A stretch of DNA of 46,031 nt. It comes from Candidatus Peregrinibacteria bacterium (GTDB lineage Bacteria; Patescibacteriota; Gracilibacteria; UBA1369; LOWO2-01-FULL-3). The position numbers and the translations under genes were made by a program. Positions 27,477 through 36,335 of this stretch are shown one piece after another; positions within the stretch are counted from its first letter, which is position 1, and each line of letters starts with the position of its first letter. The stretch spans positions 1 through 46,031 of the forward strand of contig JACQRJ010000024.1 of NCBI GenBank assembly GCA_016206505.1, in the 5' to 3' direction. Below the pieces are notes generated by a model. That model saw only the letters and a list, made by a program, of their open reading frames with translations. It had not been told where the DNA came from and searched no databases.

Positions 27477-28327
27477 GCCAAAACATCAGAGTTATTCCAA
27501 AGCTGGACATCAAAGGCCCTAATCTTGTCAAAGGGATCCATTTGGAAGGACTTCGTGTTTTGGGCAAACCGGAAGATTTTGCAAAATATTATTATGAAGC
27601 TGGAGCCGATGAACTCATCTACATAGATGTTGTCGCCAGTCTTTATGGTCGCAACAGTCTTCATGACATCGTTGCAAAAACCGCCAAAGAAATTTTCATA
27701 CCCCTAACCGTTGCCGGAGGGCTTAGGACTATCGAGGACATTCGCAGCGTATTGCGTGCTGGAGCCGACAAAGTATCGATAAATACTGCCGCAATCAATA
27801 ATCCCTCACTCATCAGGGAAGCTTCCCGCGTTTTTGGTTCATCCACTATTACTATTTCCATAGAAGCTATCAAACAATCAGATGGAAGTTATCTGGCATA
27901 CACCGATAATGGCCGCGAACACACCGGAGTCGAAGTCCTTACCTGGGCCAAAACGGTAGAGGAATTGGGAGCCGGTGAAATTATGCTTACATCCATTGAC
28001 CGTGAAGGGACCGGACGGGGCTACGATCTTGAGCTGACAAAAGCCGTTAGCGAAAAGGTCTCCATACCGGTCATAGCCTGTGGCGGCGCCGGAAATAGTC
28101 AGCACGTTTTGGAAGCAGTAGAAGCCGGAGCAAACGCGGTAGCCATGGCATCGATTTTACATTATGGCTTTATTGAAAAGCACAAAAATCTTTCCGGATA
28201 CCATGAAGAAGGCAATATCGAATTTTTGAAAAGCGGACGCGAATATCTACCCGGAATTGACAAAGTTGACATCGGTGATGTAAAAAAATATCTGCACCAA
28301 CATAATGTTCCCTGCCGATATTCATAG
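27473..28327 (+). CDS. hisF: HisF-like cyclase paralogue (glycan-associated), copy 2
   Basis: RVIPKLDIKGPNLVKGIHLEGLR, DVVASLYGRN and GAGEIMLTSIDREGTG. Confidence 0.88.
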   Translation: MSQNIRVIPKLDIKGPNLVKGIHLEGLRVLGKPEDFAKYYYEAGADELIYIDVVASLYGRNSLHDIVAKTAKEIFIPLTVAGGLRTIEDIRSVLRAGADKVSINTAAINNPSLIREASRVFGSSTITISIEAIKQSDGSYLAYTDNGREHTGVEVLTWAKTVEELGAGEIMLTSIDREGTGRGYDLELTKAVSEKVSIPVIACGGAGNSQHVLEAVEAGANAVAMASILHYGFIEKHKNLSGYHEEGNIEFLKSGREYLPGIDKVDIGDVKKYLHQHNVPCRYS

Positions 28328-28432
28328 GCTTCAATAAATTTTCAACAACTTGTCAACCAGTATCCTGATTGCGTCTTGCTGGAGACAATATCGTTATAGT
28401 AAACTCATGGCCGACCTGTATAGCCATTTTCA

Positions 28433-29074
28433 GTGATTACAATTATAGATTATCAAATCAGCAACCTTTTCAGCGTCAAACACGCCTGCGATTTCCTTGG
28501 CATTGAGGCTGAAATTTCTTCCGATAAAAACGCCCTTTTAAAGAGTCAGGGAGCGATTTTGCCCGGAGTTGGCGCTTTTGGTGATGCAATGCACAATTTG
28601 GAAAAACTCGATCTCGTCGGGCCGATTAAGGAATTTATCGCTTCCGGAAAGCCTTTTATGGGCATCTGCCTTGGCATGCAGCTTCTTTTTTCCGAAAGTG
28701 AAGAATTCGGCATCAATCAGGGCTTGAATATTATTCCCGGAAAAGTGATGAAATTCCCTGCAAAAAATCAAGAAGGCGAAATAGTAAAAATCCCTCAGAT
28801 TGGCTGGAATCAGATTTATGAACCATCGGCCGAAAAATGGAAAAATACTCCACTTCAGGCCATCAAAAATAATGAATTTATGTATTTCGTACATTCATAT
28901 TATGCCAAGCCGGACAGGGACGAATCGATCCTTTCTCTGACAAATTACAAAGGCTTGGAATATTGCTCCAGCATCCTCCATGAAAACGTTTTTGCCACAC
29001 AGTTCCATCCCGAAAAAAGCGCCAAAGAAGGCATGAAAATATATAGTAATTGGGCTGCCACTACATTAAAATAA
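28433..29074 (+). CDS. hisH: HisH-like glutamine amidotransferase, copy 2 (GTG start)
   Basis: IDYQISNLFSV, LPGVGAF, GICLGMQL, FVHSY and QFHPEKS. Confidence 0.9.
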   Translation: MITIIDYQISNLFSVKHACDFLGIEAEISSDKNALLKSQGAILPGVGAFGDAMHNLEKLDLVGPIKEFIASGKPFMGICLGMQLLFSESEEFGINQGLNIIPGKVMKFPAKNQEGEIVKIPQIGWNQIYEPSAEKWKNTPLQAIKNNEFMYFVHSYYAKPDRDESILSLTNYKGLEYCSSILHENVFATQFHPEKSAKEGMKIYSNWAATTLK

Positions 29075-29085
29075 CCGAAACTTAA

Positions 29086-29207
29086 GTAAGTGCTGAAAAA
29101 CGATTTAATGCAAGGAGATGAGGAGCTTGCGACGTAGTCGTATGAAGCTATACGGCGAGGAGAAAGGGACGAAATCGACACCGCATTAAACGTTTTTCAG
29201 CGCTTAC
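29086..29207. repeat. Divergent intergenic 122-bp palindromic element related to the in-frame MITE
   Basis: IR GTAAGTGCTGAAAAACG / CGTTTTTCAGCGCTTAC (one G-T pair), extended by TTTAATGC/GCATTAAA. Apical GTCGTAT/ATACGGC hairpin flanked by CGTA..GAGGA. Same length and CTGAAAAA register as the other copies. Confidence 0.7.
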
Positions 29208-29240
29208 CCACACCTAAATTAAATATTAACCATTCATTCA

Positions 29241-30473
29241 ATGAATAATACCCAAGAATTGGAAGCCAAATACGGGCTGCCATCGAAAGTGATTTTTTGT
29301 AAACGCTGCGTTATATCAAATCAACGTCCGGCTTCAGAAGTAGAATTCAAACACAATATTAAGACCAAGAAGGTCACCATGAACATCGGTGAAGACGGCA
29401 TCTGCGATGCCTGCAAATATGCCGAGAAAAAAGAAGAGATTAGCTGGGAACAGCGCGAAAAAGAACTTGTTCAACTGCTGGACAAACATCGCAAAAACGA
29501 TGGCAGCTACGACTGCATTGTCCCTGGCAGTGGGGGTAAAGACAGCGTTTATGCGGCGCATATCCTGAAATACAAATACGGCATGCACCCACTGACCGTG
29601 ACCTGGCCGCCAATCCTCTATACCGATTATGGCTATCTGAATTTCAAAAACTGGATTGAAGTGGGTGGATTTGACAACATCACTTTCAAACAAAACGGCA
29701 AAGTAATGAAGCTACTTACCAGATTGTCATTCGAAAATCTTTTCCATCCCTTCCAGACTTTCATTCTCGGACAAAAAAATATCGCTCCCAAAATCGCCCT
29801 TAAATATAACATTCCGCTAATTTTTTATGGTGAAAACGAAGCCGAATACGGCAACCCAATTAAAGACAACAAAAGCTCCCTTCGCGACAAAGCCTATTTC
29901 AGTATGCAAAATCTGGATGAAATCTATCTTGGCGGAGTTTCCATTGGTGAACTTCGGGAAAAACATGCTGTAGATCTTGCAGATTTACAATGCTTTTTAC
30001 CGCCCGACTATAAAGAGCTGGAAAAATCCGACATTGAAGTTCATTACCTGGGTTATTATCTCAAATGGATTCCTCAGGAAGCTTACTACTACGCTGTCGA
30101 GCACGCCAATTTCCAGGCCCGCCCATTCAGAACAGAAGGCACCTACAGTAAATACGTCAGCATAGATGATAAAATCGACGATCTAAACTATTACAACATT
30201 TTCATCAAATACGGTATCGGCCGCTGCACTTACGATGCTTCCCAGGAAATCCGCAACAAGCATCTTACTCGTGAAGAAGGCATGGCCCTGGTAAAAAAAT
30301 TCGATGGTGAATTTCCTCAAAAATACTTTAAAGAAGTTATGAATTATCTCGGCATGGATCAGGATTATTTTTATGAATTACAAGATAAATTCCGCTCTCC
30401 TCATCTCTGGAAAAAAGTTGATGGAGAATGGAAATTGCGCCATACGGTAAACAAAGACGGAGCTGACGATTAA
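29241..30473 (+). CDS. N-acetyl sugar amidotransferase (PseA/PtmG/WbuX family), copy 2
   Basis: CKRCVISNQRP, CDAC, VPGSGGKDS, YGENEAEYG, SIDDKID and EIRNKHLTREEG. Confidence 0.9.
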   Translation: MNNTQELEAKYGLPSKVIFCKRCVISNQRPASEVEFKHNIKTKKVTMNIGEDGICDACKYAEKKEEISWEQREKELVQLLDKHRKNDGSYDCIVPGSGGKDSVYAAHILKYKYGMHPLTVTWPPILYTDYGYLNFKNWIEVGGFDNITFKQNGKVMKLLTRLSFENLFHPFQTFILGQKNIAPKIALKYNIPLIFYGENEAEYGNPIKDNKSSLRDKAYFSMQNLDEIYLGGVSIGELREKHAVDLADLQCFLPPDYKELEKSDIEVHYLGYYLKWIPQEAYYYAVEHANFQARPFRTEGTYSKYVSIDDKIDDLNYYNIFIKYGIGRCTYDASQEIRNKHLTREEGMALVKKFDGEFPQKYFKEVMNYLGMDQDYFYELQDKFRSPHLWKKVDGEWKLRHTVNKDGADD

Positions 30474-30477
30474 AGCC

Positions 30478-31449
30478 ATGAATAATATTTGCATTATCGG
30501 TGCTGGTCAGCTTGGCAGCCGCCATTTGCAGGCACTTCAAGCTCTCTCTATCCCACTCAATATTACAGTGGTTGATCCTTCGCAGGCATCATTGCAAACT
30601 GCTCGTGAGCGCTTTGAAGCGGTACAGGGCTCCGCAAACCACAGTATTGAATATGTGCAATCGCTGGAAAATACAGCTCACAATTTTGATCTGGCCATAG
30701 TCGCCACGACATCAAATTATAGACGTCAGGCTGTGGAAAGTTTGCTGCAATATTGCACGGCTAAATTCATGATTTTGGAAAAAATACTTTTCCAAAAACG
30801 CGAGGATTATGAAGCGGTGGGTAAACTTTTGGAGCAAAAAAATTGCAAAACTTGGGTAAACTGCAGCATGCGCACCATGACTTTTTATGCGGATTTACCC
30901 TCAAAGATCAGCAAATGCCCTCTGACATATCTGGTAACCGGCAGTAATTACGGGATGATTACCAATATCATTCATTATATCGACCATATTGCTTATCTTA
31001 CCGGGTGCTACGATTACGAAGTCACAACCGGCGCTCTTGATCCCAAGCCGGTAGCAAGCAAGCGTCCGGGCTTTCTGGAGCTCAACGGGACTTTGACAGC
31101 GCATTTCAAGGATGGCAGCCACGCGACTTTCAATTGCTTTGAAGACGGCGATGTCCCGTTTCTTGTGGAAATACACAGCAAAGAATATCGCTGCATCGTT
31201 CGTGAAAATGAAAGAAAAGCCTGGGAATCTTCACCAAAAAACGGTTGGCAATGGCAGGAAGTTGAAGCGGTGATCCCTTTTCAAAGTCAAATGACGGCTT
31301 CCTTAACCGAAAATATTCTGCAAACCGGTAATTGTCCACTCGTGCCCTATGAAAAAGCGGCAAAACTCCATCTCACATTATTGGAAGCATTGTCGGAATT
31401 TTTAAATAACAAAAGCGGCCAAAAATTCGACCTATATCCTTTTACCTAA
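30478..31449 (+). CDS. Gfo/Idh/MocA-family oxidoreductase
   Basis: IIGAGQLGSRHLQAL, ILEKILFQ, WVNC and IHYID. Confidence 0.82.
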   Translation: MNNICIIGAGQLGSRHLQALQALSIPLNITVVDPSQASLQTARERFEAVQGSANHSIEYVQSLENTAHNFDLAIVATTSNYRRQAVESLLQYCTAKFMILEKILFQKREDYEAVGKLLEQKNCKTWVNCSMRTMTFYADLPSKISKCPLTYLVTGSNYGMITNIIHYIDHIAYLTGCYDYEVTTGALDPKPVASKRPGFLELNGTLTAHFKDGSHATFNCFEDGDVPFLVEIHSKEYRCIVRENERKAWESSPKNGWQWQEVEAVIPFQSQMTASLTENILQTGNCPLVPYEKAAKLHLTLLEALSEFLNNKSGQKFDLYPFT

Positions 31450-31452
31450 ACT

Positions 31453-32415
31453 ATGCCTGCATCACCGATAATACTTGTTGGAACCGGACCGATGGCGGTA
31501 GATTACGCCAAAGTTTTAAAAGCCCTTAAATGCAAATTCTTGGCAATCGGACGAGGAGAGACTTCAACTAAAAAATTCACCGAAGAAACCGGACACGAAG
31601 CGCGCGCCGGAGGTATTGAAAAATGGCTTAAAGAAAATCCAAAAAAGTCAGTTACAGCCATAGTTGCCGTCACCGAAAATGAACTTGGAAAAGTCACACT
31701 GGCCCTCATGAAAAATGGCTATAGGAAGATTCTTGTAGAAAAACCCGGAGGCGCTTCCCTGCAGGAAATCGACAAAGTCGCGCACGCAGCCAAAACACAT
31801 GGTGCAAAAGTATATGTCGCCTACAACCGCCGCTTCAATTCTTCCACGCAAAAAGCCCGGGAAATTATCAGGAAAGATGGCGGAGTTAAATCTTTTAATT
31901 TTGAATTTACCGAATGGAGTCATGTCATAAAAGATCTCAAAAAAGCTCCGGGAGTGAAAGAGCATTGGTTTATTCATAACTCATCTCATGTCGTTGATCT
32001 GGCATTTTTCCTTGGAGGAAATCCTAAGAAAATTTCAAGCTACACGGCAGGCAAACTTCCCTGGCATCCCGCAGCCGCAATTTTTGCCGGAGCCGGCATA
32101 AGCGAAAAAGGAGCACTTTTTTCCTATCAGGCCAATTGGCAATCTCCCGGCCGCTGGGGCGTAGAAATTCTTACAAAAAAGCATCGCCTCATCTTCCGCC
32201 CTCTGGAGCAACTACAGATTCAGGAAATAGGCTCTGTAGGCATCAATCCGGTTGAGATCGATAACAAATTAGACCTCAATTTCAAGCCCGGCCTCTACAA
32301 AGAAGTCCAAAGCTTCCTTGGCAAAAACGAAGATCTTTGCATGATATCCGAGCAGCAAAGAAATCTCACCTTCTATAAAACAATTTGCCCGCCACAACGA
32401 CATTTGGGCCAATAA
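31453..32415 (+). CDS. Gfo/Idh/MocA-family oxidoreductase
   Basis: VGTGPMAVDY, LVEKPGG, AYNRRF, FEFTEWSH, NSSHVVDLAF and PGRWGVE. Confidence 0.85.
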   Translation: MPASPIILVGTGPMAVDYAKVLKALKCKFLAIGRGETSTKKFTEETGHEARAGGIEKWLKENPKKSVTAIVAVTENELGKVTLALMKNGYRKILVEKPGGASLQEIDKVAHAAKTHGAKVYVAYNRRFNSSTQKAREIIRKDGGVKSFNFEFTEWSHVIKDLKKAPGVKEHWFIHNSSHVVDLAFFLGGNPKKISSYTAGKLPWHPAAAIFAGAGISEKGALFSYQANWQSPGRWGVEILTKKHRLIFRPLEQLQIQEIGSVGINPVEIDNKLDLNFKPGLYKEVQSFLGKNEDLCMISEQQRNLTFYKTICPPQRHLGQ

Positions 32416-33796
32416 GCAAAACTCCGGCCAAAATCACCGCCAAAATCTTCAGCATAAAAGACGACCAAAATCCCAGCCCGATGACAAAATAATAAGCAAC
32501 CACAAAAGGCACCAATAAAGCTAAAATTTTCAGAATCGGCCAAAGCGGCACGCAATAAATTTTTAGAACTTTTTTACTCACAATAAAAGCAAAAACTGCC
32601 ATCGCAAAATACGACACAGCCGTGGTATAGGCCGCAGCGATATAACCAAAATCCGGAATAAACAGTGCATTTAAAATCACATTCAAAACTCCCGCGGCCA
32701 GTACCACCAGAGATAAATATATATTTTTTTTCTCGTATTCGATATTCCAACCGTAAAACATAAAAATTGCATTAAAGATTTACCCTATGACAATTATCGG
32801 TATCACGGGCAAAGCTTCATAAAAACTGCTGGAAGAAAGCAGCATGCCGATTTCCTGGCCGAAAAAAATCAATCCCAAAGCGCAAAAACTCACGATTTTA
32901 AAAATTCTGTAAGCATCGATATTTAATTGCTGATAGTTTTTCTCATCCATATATTTGAAATAATCCGGATTCCAGGCCTGAAACATCGCACTGCTAAAAA
33001 CGGTTAAAATCGAGCCTACGATGGCCGCAAAAGCATACAAACCTGCCATAGAACTTCCGAGGTACTTATTGACCATTATCTTGTCAAACTGTGCCAAAAT
33101 CACTCCACTCAACGAATAAAAAATCAGAGGAACTCCATAATGCAGAAAATACTTCATATGCTTCATTTGAAAAGACAGCTTCAAATACGCTTTCAAATCA
33201 AAAGCATAATAAGCAAAAAACAAACCTCCGACGATCATCATCGCATAAATCTGGCCCAAATATTTATTCTCATTCAAAATCAAAATCAGCACAACCGACA
33301 AAACAAATATCGCATAAGCTTTTACCACATTCCTCACGGCGATTTTCCGACTCTGTTTTTGAGGCACATATATTTGCTCAAACCATGAGCCGCTGACATA
33401 AATCAACACTGCCGGAACAATGTAAAAAATCGTATTCACCGGCAATCCCAAAAGCACCGCAGCCTCTTGTCGAAAGATGACAAAAAGCAAAAAAGCTACA
33501 AAAAGCATAAACAGTATGAAAATCAAAATGGTCCCAAAAAACTCCTTGAAATCTTCCTTTTTTTCATAATAATACCGCCCCAGAGCGACATAGCAATTTA
33601 GCGTCAGTAAAGCCACAAATACCCCCTGATAACCTGTAAAAACGGCCAGTATGCCATAGTCTGAAGTCGAAAGCATTCTTGTCAAAACCGGCAAAGACAA
33701 AAATGCCAGAGCGCCGGTTGCCATATTGCTCAGAAAATAATTCTTCGAATGTCTCAAAAACTCATAAAACTCACTTTTTTTGAAAGCTCTAATCAT
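32366..33796 (-). pseudogene. wzx: Wzx-type oligosaccharide flippase interrupted by one in-frame TAA (32782-32780)
   Basis: The 338-aa and 131-aa ORFs are in the same frame: ...PIIVIG*IFNAIFMFYGW... They join to ~476 aa with Wzx motifs (LPVLTRMLSTSDYG, DKIMVNKY, GLYAFA, LNALFIPDFGYIAAA). Confidence 0.8.
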
Positions 33797-35310
33797 TCGT
33801 GTTTTTTTGTTAAATCATCTATAGCCTTTAGTAAGCGCAAATGCCCTTTGCTGTCAAGCACTCCCCATTTCAACGCCGCAACTTTTTGCATTTCAAGTAT
33901 CTTCGCATAAAATTTTTCATCATTTGCAAATTTCACCAAAAGATTCTGAAATTCCTTTTTTTCTTCTGTATAAACTATCCCTCTATAATCCTCGAAATCA
34001 CTATACCGATACCTGTAAACGTCATAATTCAAAACAGGTTTCCTGCAAGCCGTAGCCCAATAAATAGTCCCCGACATGGCCGAAACAAAAAGATCGCATA
34101 AAGGTATCAGATCGATACTTTTCTGCTTTGCAATCTTCACGCCAAAATCTTCAATATATCTGATTTCTTCATACTTAATGGCTGGATGAAGCGAAATAAC
34201 GACATTGTAATTCTTAATCGCAACAAGCGATTTTATCCAAAATATAACCAGATCATCATATTTCTTAAAATCACACTCCGGCCGTGAGTAGCCATACAAA
34301 ATATTCGGCGGCAGAGCGCAGAGCAAAATCTGCTTCTTTTTATCCAATGAGGACTCTGCAAAAGTACCAGATACAAGACGGCAGGAAAAGTTCGACCGCA
34401 GTGTACTGGCCTGTACATGAGAATCGAACTTTTCCGACAACACAGTAGATGGTACTTTTGCAGAGTCCTCCAATTTCAATTTTTCGCAAAGCTCATTGCG
34501 ACGTATATCAAAATGTCTGAGATGATCTGCCATGATATCGTTTGCCAGGGAACCGGTAAGCAATATCTGGCGCGCAGGAATCCCCTCTTTAATCATAAAT
34601 TCCTTCACCGCTTCGCATTCCACCATGATTTTATCTGCATGACTGCTGTTTACGATCCATGGCAATGGAGGCTTGAGACCAAAAATTTTCATTGCCAAAA
34701 TCTTAAAAGCCGGCCAACGCAGCAATTTTTTCCCCTTATGCTTATAGACCCATTTCGGCTCAAAATAAGCCAAAATTCGATTGCTAAATCTCCTGCAGTC
34801 GTGAGCCGGATTATAAAAATAGGCTTCAGCCGCTTCCACCGGACCGGTTGTGAACATCGGAATTATTGCGGAAGGCACGCCATATTTATGTCCGACTTTT
34901 ATCAAAATATCCGTATTGTGACCTGTATTGTCACCCGAGATTATGATTATAGCGGGCTTCACGTTCTTAATCAGACGTTTGATTTTTTTAAATTCCCTGA
35001 AATAAGCCAAAAATTCATATGCAAAACCGACAAAAAAGTTGCGATACACCATCAACAAAAACTTCTTCACGGCATTTTGCCGTGGATTTAATCTCGACGC
35101 GTCTGCGCCTTGAATATCGGCTTTTTCAAAGCCGCAAACATATTCCATCCCTTCTCTCTCACAAATTTTCAGATCCTGCCGATATTGAGGATAAGGTTGA
35201 GGGAAATAAAAAACCGGCTTATATCCGGATTCTTTCTTCAACATTCTCCCTATTTCCACCAGACCGATGAAATACGTCATTGTATTGACCGCCAGCAATG
35301 CTTTCTTCAT
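33793..35310 (-). CDS. Putative GT-B glycosyltransferase / capsule-biosynthesis-like protein with an in-frame 42-aa repeat insertion
   Basis: QILLTGS, VVISLHP and LIPLCDLFVSAMSGTIYWATACRKPVL are GT-B/epimerase-like C-terminal motifs. Start chosen at ATG 35310. Confidence 0.6.
   Translation of the reverse strand: MKKALLAVNTMTYFIGLVEIGRMLKKESGYKPVFYFPQPYPQYRQDLKICEREGMEYVCGFEKADIQGADASRLNPRQNAVKKFLLMVYRNFFVGFAYEFLAYFREFKKIKRLIKNVKPAIIIISGDNTGHNTDILIKVGHKYGVPSAIIPMFTTGPVEAAEAYFYNPAHDCRRFSNRILAYFEPKWVYKHKGKKLLRWPAFKILAMKIFGLKPPLPWIVNSSHADKIMVECEAVKEFMIKEGIPARQILLTGSLANDIMADHLRHFDIRRNELCEKLKLEDSAKVPSTVLSEKFDSHVQASTLRSNFSCRLVSGTFAESSLDKKKQILLCALPPNILYGYSRPECDFKKYDDLVIFWIKSLVAIKNYNVVISLHPAIKYEEIRYIEDFGVKIAKQKSIDLIPLCDLFVSAMSGTIYWATACRKPVLNYDVYRYRYSDFEDYRGIVYTEEKKEFQNLLVKFANDEKFYAKILEMQKVAALKWGVLDSKGHLRLLKAIDDLTKKHE
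34349..34470. mobile_element. 122-bp palindromic MITE-like element with 4-bp TSD (CAAT), in frame in the GT-B-like gene
   Basis: Perfect 21-bp IR at 34349-34369 / 34450-34470. Inner IR GGAAAAGTTCGA/TCGAACTTTTCC. CAAT at 34345-48 and 34471-74. 107/122 identical to the copy at 21195. Confidence 0.92.
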
Positions 35311-35315
35311 ATTTG

Positions 35316-36320
35316 TTATTTCAAAAACCACTTTTTAAGCCTACCGATAATCCCATCACCTTCGGAAAATTTCAAATAACGCCTCATCAAAGCTACTCGC
35401 CAATATTTCAAATACGGCTTCCACTCGGGATTCACCTCTGCGGCCCATTTTTTAAATTCCTTCCAATTAAGTTTCTTCATTTCCAGAAGTCTCGCCAGAT
35501 CCAGAGAAATCCACGCTGCCAGATATGGCGTCGGCTTAAGATATTTTACCACCCCATGTGCCTGCATCGTGCTTGCTCGTAGCAATTCTTCTTTACTCCA
35601 CTCCATCTCCACAGAAACCTTTTTAATCTTTCGCGCCCACGGACTGTTTTTATGAATCAATTGATGATAATGAAAAACTTCATCCACAAAGCCACACTTG
35701 CCTCCGCCTTTATTGACCACATTTTCAAAAACATAATCCTCCTGCCGATAAACATAATCATCATCGATTTCCCCCAAATGAGCCATAAAAGCCTCCTTTT
35801 TCCCAATCTGTGTTCCTGCAAAAGGACGTTTTTTCGTCTTATTATTTTCATCCGAAAATTCCAGCATCGCGGTTATCTGCATCTGGCAGCCAAACCAGTC
35901 ATATTGATTCCTATACTTTTTCATCACATCAAACCAGTCTTCCGGTATAAAAACATCCGAATGAAAATAAGCGAACCACCCGCTATCGACCTCCTCAATC
36001 AGCTTTCTGATGCTGAATCCCAAAGTTTTGTATTGCCTGTGATCGAAGAGCTCCACTCTCGGAAACTTTTTTACGATTTCTATGGAATTATCCACGCATC
36101 CTCCATCTCCGATTAAGAGCCTTTTCACAGGGATTTCGCGATAAATCGATCGCAAATTGGCCTCCCACATCTCATTTGTATGAATAATTGGTATAATAAT
36201 CTCCAAAGCATCCTTATCATCTTCCAAAAAACGGTCTTTGAACTCTTCCGGATTATAGTAACGGTAAAATATCGATACATCGCTTTTTGCAGAGTCATCA
36301 TTTTTATCTTTTGTATTCAT
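35316..36320 (-). CDS. GT2/GT-A-like glycosyltransferase
   Basis: IIIPII, LLIGDGGCVDNSIEI, YFHSDV and RQED. Confidence 0.7.
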   Translation of the reverse strand: MNTKDKNDDSAKSDVSIFYRYYNPEEFKDRFLEDDKDALEIIIPIIHTNEMWEANLRSIYREIPVKRLLIGDGGCVDNSIEIVKKFPRVELFDHRQYKTLGFSIRKLIEEVDSGWFAYFHSDVFIPEDWFDVMKKYRNQYDWFGCQMQITAMLEFSDENNKTKKRPFAGTQIGKKEAFMAHLGEIDDDYVYRQEDYVFENVVNKGGGKCGFVDEVFHYHQLIHKNSPWARKIKKVSVEMEWSKEELLRASTMQAHGVVKYLKPTPYLAAWISLDLARLLEMKKLNWKEFKKWAAEVNPEWKPYLKYWRVALMRRYLKFSEGDGIIGRLKKWFLK

Positions 36321-36335
36321 TGTTTACATATTCAA

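Noticed and set aside
32366-32415. Convergent 3' gene overlaps (also 39964-40001)
   Set aside because: Short tail-to-tail overlaps are ordinary in compact genomes.
32780-32782. Stop-codon reassignment or alternative genetic code
   Set aside because: TAA, TAG and TGA all terminate intact genes elsewhere in the window. One internal TAA does not support recoding.
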